64,000 nucleotides of DNA, taken from assembly GCA_963805085.1 (NCBI GenBank), contig CAWDTA010000002.1, positions 64,001 through 128,000 of the forward strand. The letters are read 5' to 3'. Source of the stretch: an uncultured Veillonellaceae bacterium. Its GTDB lineage: Bacteria > Bacillota > Negativicutes > JARBTT01. The notes beneath the pieces are model-generated. The model ran no database searches and had not been told where the DNA came from. It saw only the letters and a program-made list of their open reading frames with translations. The position numbers and the translations under genes are program-made. Every line of letters begins with the position of its first letter. Position 1 is the stretch's first letter. This document shows positions 51,207 through 59,397 of the stretch, in pieces.

Positions 51207-51773
51207 TTATTTCGCTCCCTCGTAAACAAAGTTTAAATTGGTACGTTCTTTTAACAATTGTGCATTTTTATCTTTTTCTGAAAGAATAAATTCACCTTCA
51301 CCCCATTCTACTCCGATATCTGGGTCATTGTATAGGATGTTACCATCACATTCTGGTGCATAGTAGTTATCTGCTTTATATTGGACTTCAACATCATCGG
51401 TCAAAGTAACGAAACCATGAGCAAAGCCTCGCGGAATAAATAATTGCTTTTTATTTTCTGCGGATAATTCAACAGCTACCCATTTTTTATACATAGGCGA
51501 ACCTTTTCTAATATCTACAGCAACGTCTAAGATAGCCCCTTTACTGCAACGTAGCATTTTGGCTTGGCACTTTGGATTCAATTGATAATGAAGTCCGCGA
51601 AGCGTACCTTTTTGCGCAGAGAACGATTGGTTATCCTGTACGAAATCACATTCAATTCCCGCTTCCGCTAATTTTGCTTTCGAATAACTTTCCATAAACC
51701 AACCACGATGATCACCGAAGACTTGCGGTTCTATAATATATACATCTTTTAACTTTGTTTCTGTTACTTTCAT
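51207..51773 (-). CDS. rmlC: dTDP-4-dehydrorhamnose 3,5-epimerase
   Basis: FGDHRGWF, QDNQSFS, LRGLHYQ, DVAVDIR, PRGFAHGF. Confidence 0.97.
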   Translation of the reverse strand: MKVTETKLKDVYIIEPQVFGDHRGWFMESYSKAKLAEAGIECDFVQDNQSFSAQKGTLRGLHYQLNPKCQAKMLRCSKGAILDVAVDIRKGSPMYKKWVAVELSAENKKQLFIPRGFAHGFVTLTDDVEVQYKADNYYAPECDGNILYNDPDIGVEWGEGEFILSEKDKNAQLLKERTNLNFVYEGAK

Positions 51774-51786
51774 CTATACTATCCCT

Positions 51787-52662
51787 CTATTTCTCTTTTA
51801 CTAGGTTAATCAAGTATTGCCCATAATCATTTTTCTTTACTGGCTCGGCAAGTTTTAGCACTTGCTCTGCACCAATATGCCCCATCCGGTATGCAATTTC
51901 TTCGATACAAGCTATTTTTAGGCCTTGACGCTGCTCTACTGTTTGCACAAAAGTAGAAGCCTGTAGAAGTGATTCATGCGTTCCTGTATCCAGCCATGCA
52001 TATCCCCTGCCCATTGTTTCCACTCGTAAATTTTTCTGAGCAAGATAGACCTTGTTTACATCGGTAATTTCTAGTTCTCCGCGTGCCGATGGTTTGATAT
52101 TTGCTGCGATATCAACAATTTGATTATCATAGAAATATAGACCAGTTACGGCATAATTTGATTTAGGTTCAGTTGGTTTTTCCTCTAAACTAATAGCTGT
52201 ACCCTGCTTATCAAATTCCACAACGCCATACCGCTCCGGATCTCTAACGTAGTAGGCAAAAACAGTCGCGCCATCCGTATTACTAGTTGCTCTTTGCATT
52301 GCCGATGCTAAAGTATGCCCATAAAAAATATTGTCACCTAAAACAAGTGCACAGCCATCATTGCCGATAAACTCTTTACCGATAATAAAGGCTTGTGCCA
52401 ATCCGTCTGGGCTTGGTTGTACCGCATACTGAATGCTGATGCCCCATTGACTGCCGTCTTGTAATAAAGCTCTAAACAATTCCACATCTTGCGGTGTTGT
52501 GATGACTAAAATATCGTTAATCCCTGCTAAAAGTAAGGTACTCAATGGATAATAAATCATTGGCTTATCATAAATCGGCATCAATTGCTTACTAACGACT
52601 TTTGTTAGTGGATATAACCGAGTTCCTGATCCACCTGCTAGTATAATTCCTTTTTTTATCAT
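51787..52662 (-). CDS. rmlA: Glucose-1-phosphate thymidylyltransferase
   Basis: [48 protein letters not shown]. Confidence 0.97.
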   Translation of the reverse strand: MIKKGIILAGGSGTRLYPLTKVVSKQLMPIYDKPMIYYPLSTLLLAGINDILVITTPQDVELFRALLQDGSQWGISIQYAVQPSPDGLAQAFIIGKEFIGNDGCALVLGDNIFYGHTLASAMQRATSNTDGATVFAYYVRDPERYGVVEFDKQGTAISLEEKPTEPKSNYAVTGLYFYDNQIVDIAANIKPSARGELEITDVNKVYLAQKNLRVETMGRGYAWLDTGTHESLLQASTFVQTVEQRQGLKIACIEEIAYRMGHIGAEQVLKLAEPVKKNDYGQYLINLVKEK

Positions 52663-52716
52663 TTACTCTCTCTCCCAACACAAAAATTATTACAAATAAC
52701 AAAATATAGTGTTCTG

Positions 52717-54225
52717 CTAGTATGCACCTTTGCTGCCAAACACCACTCTGATTGTTTTAATAAGTAAAATAATATCCTGCCAAACTGACCAGTTTCTAAC
52801 ATACCAAGCATCTAAACGTAATCGACCAGTAAAATTTATTTCATTTCTTCCACTCACTTGCCATAGTCCAGTAATTCCCGGAACGGTTTGGCAAATAGTA
52901 TTGATATAATACCCCATATTCTTTCGCTCCCGAGGCAAATATGGTCTGGGACCAACTAAGCTCATACTTCCCTGTAGCACGTTAATAATCTGAGGCAATT
53001 CATCTAGGCTATATTTTCTCATCCAATTTCCCACTTTAGTTACTCTCGGATCAAAAGTTCGCAGTTTAGCAAATTCAGCCCATTCCTGATGAGCTTCTTC
53101 ATTCTGATTTAAATAATCTTTAAGTACTTTATTACTATTGATATGCATCGTTCTAAATTTATAGCATGAAAAATTTCTTTGTCCTCTTCCAATCCTTCTG
53201 GCAATATGAAATATAGGTCCTTTCGAATCATACTTTATCAAAACTACCAATAAAAAAAGAATTGGTAACACAAAAACAAATATAATACTTCCTATACAGA
53301 TATCAAACAAACGCTTAATAATTTTATTTATTGGCAGCTCTAAATTGTTTTTCGTTTTAAGCATGACCAATCGATCATCAATGAATCGCTCCGCTTCGAT
53401 ATTTGCAACTGGTATGCCAAACAAATCTGGAACAATGGTTAAATTTCTCACATAGGGCTGTACTCTTTGCATGAGAGATATCAGCTTTTCGCGTTCTAAG
53501 CCTGGAGTTGCAAGAATCACATCATTTACCTTACTATCAATAATTGCTTTTTCTAGATTTTCAAACGTTCCTATATGTGGATATTTCTGGATTAACGGAC
53601 GTTCATCATAATAGTCTTCTACCAGTCCAACAATTTTGTAGCCAATACCTGGCTCATTTTCAAATGTTCTAGCAATGATTTCTGCCGTTTTTCCAGCGCC
53701 TACAATGACAACTGGACGTTGCCATAAATTCAAAGTATGCAATATTTTTTTTGAAAATTGCCTAAATACACAAAGATAAAAAAAACTGAGGATCCATAAG
53801 GTCGCCATAAACAAGCGTGAAACAATAGCAGAACTTCCTACTAGATAAGTAATCAGAATAACCAATGCATTCACATAGATACAAGTTTTAAATAAAATTT
53901 CTGCACACTGCCAAAAAGGCATTCTTTTATTATACATATCGCCATAAGCAATAAATAAAATAAAGACAGTAGGAAATATAATATATGCGTAAATATCGCC
54001 GATATAGAGAATTGACGCATTGTTTCCTGACCATAAAACAATAGCAATATTTCTAATACTTTTTGCGCTTATTACTGCACAAATAATTGCAATATAATCT
54101 ACTACAATCAATAAAAATGGTGCTAAATAATAACTTAAATATTCTATTAATTTTTTTTGTTTATTTATTGCAACTGATTTTTCAAAGCCCACTACATACC
54201 TCATCCTCACAACTACTAATAACAC
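52717..54225 (-). CDS. wbaP: Undecaprenyl-phosphate sugar-1-phosphate transferase (WbaP type); start uncertain
   Basis: N-terminal TMs, KRLFDI, YKFRTM, DPRVT, SLDELPQ, MSLVGPRP, PGITGLWQVSGRN. Confidence 0.9.
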   Translation of the reverse strand: MLLVVVRMRYVVGFEKSVAINKQKKLIEYLSYYLAPFLLIVVDYIAIICAVISAKSIRNIAIVLWSGNNASILYIGDIYAYIIFPTVFILFIAYGDMYNKRMPFWQCAEILFKTCIYVNALVILITYLVGSSAIVSRLFMATLWILSFFYLCVFRQFSKKILHTLNLWQRPVVIVGAGKTAEIIARTFENEPGIGYKIVGLVEDYYDERPLIQKYPHIGTFENLEKAIIDSKVNDVILATPGLEREKLISLMQRVQPYVRNLTIVPDLFGIPVANIEAERFIDDRLVMLKTKNNLELPINKIIKRLFDICIGSIIFVFVLPILFLLVVLIKYDSKGPIFHIARRIGRGQRNFSCYKFRTMHINSNKVLKDYLNQNEEAHQEWAEFAKLRTFDPRVTKVGNWMRKYSLDELPQIINVLQGSMSLVGPRPYLPRERKNMGYYINTICQTVPGITGLWQVSGRNEINFTGRLRLDAWYVRNWSVWQDIILLIKTIRVVFGSKGAY

Positions 54226-54238
54226 ACATCAATAATAA

Positions 54239-55147
54239 TTAGCTAAAAAAGTAGCTTTGCCCACTTAGCCTTTTTCTTATATATCTAGGCAAATATTTTT
54301 CATATACACCAAGCCGATAACCTATTAATTTAATAAAATTAACAAAAATCGCTTTTGGAATACTGCCTATTCCCCCATGTGTATACAAATACTTCAGTTG
54401 CTCTTTAACTAGCTTCAAACCTTCACCTTCTGCCCCACCAAATTCTTGGCGAATCCATGGTTCTCTAGCTTGAAAAACACCAATATCAAAATACCTTTTC
54501 AACTCCTGTAATAAGGTATAGTCATGGGAATGATAGGCACAAGCCTCTGCGACGTAAGCAACTTTATGATGCGTAATTAATAACTTAGCACCGACATACA
54601 TATCTTCACTGACAATTACATGCGGAAAATTTCCAACTTCATTTAAAGCAGTAATGCGATAAGCAGCAAACGAATCTGATAAAAACGGTGCTTTTATTTT
54701 CATATTTGCTTTGTCTTCATAAGACTTTACCCTACTCTCACTTGGATAATTAAACAATCTTGCTTGCGCCGCCATAGGCGAAGCTCCAATATGTGGTAAC
54801 TGGCGACCATAACTTGCGGCAACTTTTATATCACTAAACACTTCTATTAGTTGCCGAATACTCTTTGCGTCAAATAGAATCACATCTTGTGTCAAATAGA
54901 CAATGATATCTGTATCCGCTAAATATTCTGCACATTGCCTTCTCGTGTCTCCATGGTTAAAATTTTGCCGTTTTATAGGCAAAATCTCGTAATGATACTT
55001 TCGACCTAAAGCCACTGTATCATCCTCTGAACTAGAATCAGCTATTAATTTTCTATGAATTGGATAATCTTGCATTTCAATACTATTTAAAAGTTTTTCA
55101 AATTTATTCCCAGCATTTAACGTCATAATAACAATTGCTATTTTCAT
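54239..55147 (-). CDS. GT2 rhamnosyltransferase (WbaN/RfbN-like)
   Basis: DSSSEDDT, FNHGDTR, YLTQD, YGRQLP, SEDM, HSHDY, RYFDIG. Confidence 0.8.
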   Translation of the reverse strand: MKIAIVIMTLNAGNKFEKLLNSIEMQDYPIHRKLIADSSSEDDTVALGRKYHYEILPIKRQNFNHGDTRRQCAEYLADTDIIVYLTQDVILFDAKSIRQLIEVFSDIKVAASYGRQLPHIGASPMAAQARLFNYPSESRVKSYEDKANMKIKAPFLSDSFAAYRITALNEVGNFPHVIVSEDMYVGAKLLITHHKVAYVAEACAYHSHDYTLLQELKRYFDIGVFQAREPWIRQEFGGAEGEGLKLVKEQLKYLYTHGGIGSIPKAIFVNFIKLIGYRLGVYEKYLPRYIRKRLSGQSYFFS

Positions 55148-55541
55148 AATTACCCCTATAAGTATTTAACTTAAAATTTAAAATATAACAACCAATTTGT
55201 TATATTCGTATTCTTCCATATAGATCCCTAAAAAAACCACAAATTTCCTCAAAATATACCGGAAATTTGTTTTATTATATCATGTTTTCTTTTTCTGCGA
55301 AACAATTTTACAATATTTATACAATTCCCAATTCTAATACATTTATAAAATCAAATATCTATAAAAATTTGCATAGAATAAGCCTTCACTCTCTAAAATT
55401 TACACGTAAAAACTTATGTCTAATTTATTCTCTAATCTTACTCTTCAGTATTCTTTATCACCTAGATATAAAACAGAGTAATTCAACTGTTTTTAATGAT
55501 ACAATATAACTATTAATAAAGTAACAAAAGAGGTAATGTTT

Positions 55542-55897
55542 ATGACGAATGAACAATTTCGTAATTGGTTTTATCTGAATTAAAAGGAATAAAATCTGAT
55601 GTTTCTGGTGTAAAAACTGAGATAACTGAGATGAATTCTGAAATTACAGATATCAAATCCGATATTTCTGGTATGAAATCCGAAATGTCAGCTATGAAAG
55701 TTCAGCAGCAAGAAAATACCGGAATAATCAAAGCATTGTTACACGATCAGGAAGTTACAAATACTACGCTTGAAAATTTGGAAGTTAACACTGCAACTAA
55801 AGAAGGATTTATTACGCTTAATTCTAAAATTGATGCGCTCAATACGAGAATCTTTCATCAAGAAGCAGAATTGACTAAACTTCGGACAATAAAATAA
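55542..55897 (+). pseudogene. Small heptad-repeat coiled-coil protein (paralog 3) with a 1-nt frameshift near codon 8
   Basis: SD GAGG and ATG 55542 (MTNEQFR) are out of frame with LVLSELKGIKSDVSGVKTEITEMNSEI... starting at 55565; extended -10 TGaTACAAT upstream. Confidence 0.7.
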
Positions 55898-55940
55898 TCA
55901 GCATATTTCTCTATATACCAAATAGCTTCTCCCCATAAAT

Positions 55941-55986
55941 AAAAACAGAGCCTGTACCGATAAACTTGGTACAAACTCTGTTTTTT
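55941..55986. terminator. Hairpin H1 (bidirectional terminator, homologous to H3)
   Basis: AAAAACAGAGCCTGTACC...GGTACAAACTCTGTTTTT. Confidence 0.75.
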
Positions 55987-56694
55987 TTACATTTTACCAT
56001 CAATGACCTTGGCTAAATCAATCAATAAATCAATATACTTCATTTTGATATGTTGATAAATTTCCTGTGCTGTCATTTCATTATATGTATGGGATGTCAT
56101 ATTGCGCTTTTCAAGCATGTCTAACCATAGCTCGGGATCTCTTATTATACCTGCTTGAAACCCCTCGCGAATGCTACTACGTGGACTATTGGCTTCGATT
56201 CCTTCATAAGCTAAATAATGTTTGACTAATTTCCATGCCAATTCATAGGAGAATTCAAACCGTTGAATCGTTCCATCTAAATATAAATCATCTTGATTTG
56301 GGTCTTTCTCCAAAGCCGCTTGTAACTTAGTTAATGCCTTTTTATAATCACAAAGTTTATCTTTTAACTTTGCATCAGTCATCTTTAGCTCTCCCTTCTC
56401 ATTTGTGATGAACAGAATCTGTCCCTCTTGATCAATATACTGTTTTAACTGTAAATTACTCTGTGTATCATAATCTATCAAATCTACTTTATAGGGTAAT
56501 TTGCTATTATATAATTCTTCTTGCAACGTATTTATAATATTATTTCTAAAGCTAATTGCTAGATCAATATCCGATGTTGCCCTAAAATTACCTCTAGCGC
56601 GCGAACCAAAAATCTTTACCCAAGCAATATCATTTTTGTATTTTTTCAAGCTATCCATTAGTATCTGGAAATTGTTATATGACAAACCGAACAT
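55987..56694 (-). CDS. Fused minimal nucleotidyltransferase (MntA-like) and HEPN (HI0074/HepT-like) protein
   Basis: FGSRARG..DIDL and VDLID (MNT); DGTIQRFEFSYELAWK, SPRS, RNMTSHTY (RX4H-x-Y HEPN motif). The promoter position favours ATG 56694 as start. Confidence 0.88.
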   Translation of the reverse strand: MFGLSYNNFQILMDSLKKYKNDIAWVKIFGSRARGNFRATSDIDLAISFRNNIINTLQEELYNSKLPYKVDLIDYDTQSNLQLKQYIDQEGQILFITNEKGELKMTDAKLKDKLCDYKKALTKLQAALEKDPNQDDLYLDGTIQRFEFSYELAWKLVKHYLAYEGIEANSPRSSIREGFQAGIIRDPELWLDMLEKRNMTSHTYNEMTAQEIYQHIKMKYIDLLIDLAKVIDGKM

Positions 56695-56742
56695 ACCTTC
56701 ACCACCAGTTAGCATTTTTGCAAGATATTTAAACTTAACTAA

Positions 56743-56771
56743 AGAATAGGTGATTGTACTAGTAATGTCAA
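56743..56771 (-). promoter_or_regulatory. SigmaA promoter of the MNT-HEPN gene
   Basis: TTGACA-17 nt-TATTCT immediately after hairpin H2. Confidence 0.7.
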
Positions 56772-56777
56772 GCTCCG

Positions 56778-56820
56778 AAAGCAATTAGAGCTTGTAACAG
56801 ATACAAGCTCTAATTGCTTT
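56778..56820. terminator. Hairpin H2, 19-bp perfect IR
   Basis: AAAGCAATTAGAGCTTGTA-acaga-TACAAGCTCTAATTGCTTT. Confidence 0.8.
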
Positions 56821-56830
56821 TATACTAATC

Positions 56831-56988
56831 TTACGCAAAAGCAACTTCGTCAGTGCTTTTAGGATGGCATCAACTACAGTGGTTATTTTTCTCTTTCTGC
56901 TAGTAAAATTTTTCATAGCAATAATCTGATCCATCACTGCTACGATTTGGGCTTTTGTTAAGTCATCTTTAGAATCTGGAATTATAAT
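56831..56988 (-). pseudogene. Truncated, frameshifted second copy of the DUF2922 3' region
   Basis: Aligns to 57706-57864 at roughly 80% identity by eye, with a 1-nt deletion; includes the stop codon. Confidence 0.88.
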
Positions 56989-57001
56989 TAAGTGTCTATC
57001 T

Positions 57002-57259
57002 TTAATTATAATGACCCCTGCAGGATATGATGCTAATCACTTCATCTTTAATAGAATAAATAATTCTATGTTCTAGTGTTATCCGTCTACTCCATAATCC
57101 TGCTAATTCGTGTTTTAATGCTTCTGGTTTACCAATGCCTTGATGACCATTGCGACTAATATCTTCCAGCATGTCATTAATTTTTTTCAGTACTTTTTTA
57201 TCAATTTTCTGCCATTCAAGGTACTCTTTCCAGGCTGTTTCGGTAAATGTAATGTTCAT
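57002..57259 (-). CDS. yoeB: Txe/YoeB family toxin
   Basis: FTETAWKEYLEW, GIGKPEALK, WSRRITLEHRIIY, SCRGHY; ATGA-type overlap with the antitoxin. Confidence 0.93.
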   Translation of the reverse strand: MNITFTETAWKEYLEWQKIDKKVLKKINDMLEDISRNGHQGIGKPEALKHELAGLWSRRITLEHRIIYSIKDEVISIISCRGHYN

Positions 57260-57525
57260 TTTTCCATTGCTCTTAACGCTTCAAAGTCAACAGGCTTTAC
57301 TTTATTATTTTTCAGTTCTTCTATTGATTTCAATAGTTTTTGATAATAATCATCATTGGATCTGATATACATATTCTCAAGCATATTATTATAATTGGCC
57401 TCAGAGATAATAACCACATTTTCATTGTTTTTTCTTGTAACAAAAATTGATTCATGATCATGCGTTGCAGCGTCGCAATACTTTTTAAAATTTTCTCTAA
57501 CTTCGGTGTAATTTGTCGCTATCAT
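57256..57525 (-). CDS. yefM: Phd/YefM family antitoxin
   Basis: NYTEVRENFK, IFVTRK, VVIISE..YN..LE..Y; SD AGGTGG. Confidence 0.9.
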   Translation of the reverse strand: MIATNYTEVRENFKKYCDAATHDHESIFVTRKNNENVVIISEANYNNMLENMYIRSNDDYYQKLLKSIEELKNNKVKPVDFEALRAMEK

Positions 57526-57566
57526 GGGAATACCACCTTTCAATAAAAATTTTCGGCTACATTTAT

Positions 57567-57622
57567 TGTACAAAATTCTGTACGTTTAATATTATTTTAC
57601 AATATTATTGTTCTATTTTCAA
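57567..57622 (-). promoter_or_regulatory. yefM-yoeB promoter with paired TGTACA-type operator hexamers
   Basis: TTGAAA-17 nt-TAAAAT (57622-57594); TGTACA (57567) and TGTACG (57579) lie 12 bp apart, as in the E. coli yefM operator. Confidence 0.7.
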
Positions 57623-57651
57623 TAGATAATATTTGCAATATATTTTCCCAC

Positions 57652-57705
57652 AAAAATACCCCGAGTCTGTACCGTTAGATTTGGCACAAACTCGGGGCTA
57701 TTTTT
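57652..57705 (-). terminator. Hairpin H3 after DUF2922
   Basis: CCCCGAGTCTGTACC...GGCACAAACTCGGGG flanked by A/T tracts. Confidence 0.75.
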
Positions 57706-57918
57706 TTACGCTAAAGCAACTTCGTCAGTGCTTTTGATGATGGCATCAACTACAGTGCTCAGTTTTCCTTTGGTGCTAGTGAAGATTTCTTTGGCAATGA
57801 TCTGATCCATTACTGCTACGACTTGGGCTTTTGTTAAGTCGTCTTTTGGATCTGGCAACACAATGGTTACTTCTTTGCCTTCGTCAGTTTTGAAGACCAT
57901 GTTTAGCTTCTTTGTCAT
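57706..57918 (-). CDS. DUF2922-family protein
   Basis: KKLNMVFKTDEGKEVTIVLPDPKDDLT...VMDQII; SD AAGGAGG. Confidence 0.85.
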   Translation of the reverse strand: MTKKLNMVFKTDEGKEVTIVLPDPKDDLTKAQVVAVMDQIIAKEIFTSTKGKLSTVVDAIIKSTDEVALA

Positions 57919-57955
57919 GTGATTGTCCTCCTTTCATCCTAAATGATTACGGATT

Positions 57956-58180
57956 TTACGCGTTTGCTAATGCGGCTGTGTCTTGACGACTTACAGCTTC
58001 TACTGGGTATTTTTGCAATGCTCCCACTGCTGTACCAACCGTGTAGACATCACTGTCGGCTACGGCTGGGTTTAGGTTACTAAGACTTCTTTGTGCATAA
58101 ACTGCATCACCATTTGCATTCGTTTTCGTTTGCACTTTGATGATGAGCTTTGCGCTTTGACTTGTTTTTGTAACTGCCAT
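57956..58180 (-). CDS. DUF1659-family protein
   Basis: MAV..SAKLIIKVQT...NGDAVY..RSLSNLNP...D..VY.VG.AVG.LQ; SD GAAGGAGG; classic partner of DUF2922. Confidence 0.82.
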   Translation of the reverse strand: MAVTKTSQSAKLIIKVQTKTNANGDAVYAQRSLSNLNPAVADSDVYTVGTAVGALQKYPVEAVSRQDTAALANA

Positions 58181-58302
58181 GCTTATCACCTCCTTCACTC
58201 TAGTACATTCCGTGAAGAAGAGTTTTTAAACATATTTTTAGAAAAAAATAAAATGGCGCAACATATGGCAATATTACCATGCGTTGCACCTAAAATTTTC
58301 AT

Positions 58303-59397
58303 TTATCTTTCTATAAGTAAAGAACCAACCTCATTCATATTCTTCGGGAATTCTACGCCCGCCCCTTGCATAATTTCTACATAGGCGGGATGTAATGGTT
58401 CTTTATAAAAATTTACGAGACTAATTCTTGTTAGCTTTCTGTTTGTGAACTTATCTGGAAACATGAGCGCTGTTGACTGATAACTAATCACCGCGCGTAA
58501 GTTCTCTTCACTATAAAAGGATAATTCCACTGGTTCTATGGATTCAAAGAACTTCATTTGTGGTAATTCTTCTTTATAAAATTTAATCTTATCTACACTG
58601 TCATTTGGATGCGGTTTATAGAAAAGCACTTCATCATCCTTTAGATATTCCACAATGCTTCTCAGTCTGCCAAATTCCTCTTTCAGTGTAAACTTGCCCT
58701 GTTCCACCAAAGGCTGACTCAAGTATAAAATATTATTTTTCCCCATGCCTGGTGAAAATACTTCGCGTTGCTTAAGATCCAACATCGCTGCACCAATCAT
58801 GTCTAGCGTGATTTCATATGTCTGTGGTGAATATCGTTGGAGAAGTTCCGGTTTATACATGTAATCGCCAATACCAGCTTTACTATCACCGGCAGTAGAG
58901 GTATTGATATAGGGACCGTTCTTTATTCCTGACAGCCATTCTATTACATGTATTTTAAATTTATGAAATAACATGTGCGTTGTTGGGCGACGACGATTTT
59001 CATTATAATAAGAATATAATCCATCTTCATATCGATAGAATTCTCGTTTACCAAGAGCACCAACTAATAATTGGTTTTGTACATCAATATCGCTTCCCAA
59101 AAAAATATCATCAATGCCTAGTTTTCCAATAGTACTTTTAACTTCATTTACCTGCTGACGATACGACTGTTCTTTATTCTTTCGTGTCATCCAGGTAATA
59201 AGCGGAAATACTGCTTTATATCCACAGTCAACAGATGACATATATTTCATGACTTTACTATCTTGCCATTTCTCATAACCATGTGGATGAATCAATGCCA
59301 GATAGTTTTCATCCTGATGAAACTTTCCTTTACTCAAAAGAAATGCCGTTAATAAATGAAATGGTGTATTTACGATAAATAAATTTTTCTTAGCCAT
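58303..59397 (-). CDS. Sialyltransferase-like (polysialyltransferase/GT52-like) GT-B glycosyltransferase
   Basis: VNTPFHL, YEDG motif, YLSQP, YKPHP motif, EPVE, SYQSTAL. Confidence 0.7.
   Translation of the reverse strand: MAKKNLFIVNTPFHLLTAFLLSKGKFHQDENYLALIHPHGYEKWQDSKVMKYMSSVDCGYKAVFPLITWMTRKNKEQSYRQQVNEVKSTIGKLGIDDIFLGSDIDVQNQLLVGALGKREFYRYEDGLYSYYNENRRRPTTHMLFHKFKIHVIEWLSGIKNGPYINTSTAGDSKAGIGDYMYKPELLQRYSPQTYEITLDMIGAAMLDLKQREVFSPGMGKNNILYLSQPLVEQGKFTLKEEFGRLRSIVEYLKDDEVLFYKPHPNDSVDKIKFYKEELPQMKFFESIEPVELSFYSEENLRAVISYQSTALMFPDKFTNRKLTRISLVNFYKEPLHPAYVEIMQGAGVEFPKNMNEVGSLLIER

Noticed and set aside
56695-56784. N-terminal extension of the MNT-HEPN ORF from TTG 56784
   Set aside because: The start lies inside hairpin H2 and upstream of the TTGACA/TATTCT promoter; ATG 56694 is preferred.
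55941-57705. H1-H3 as true integron attC sites
   Set aside because: They lack RYYYAAC/GTTRRRY end boxes and there is no intI; kept only as related hairpins.
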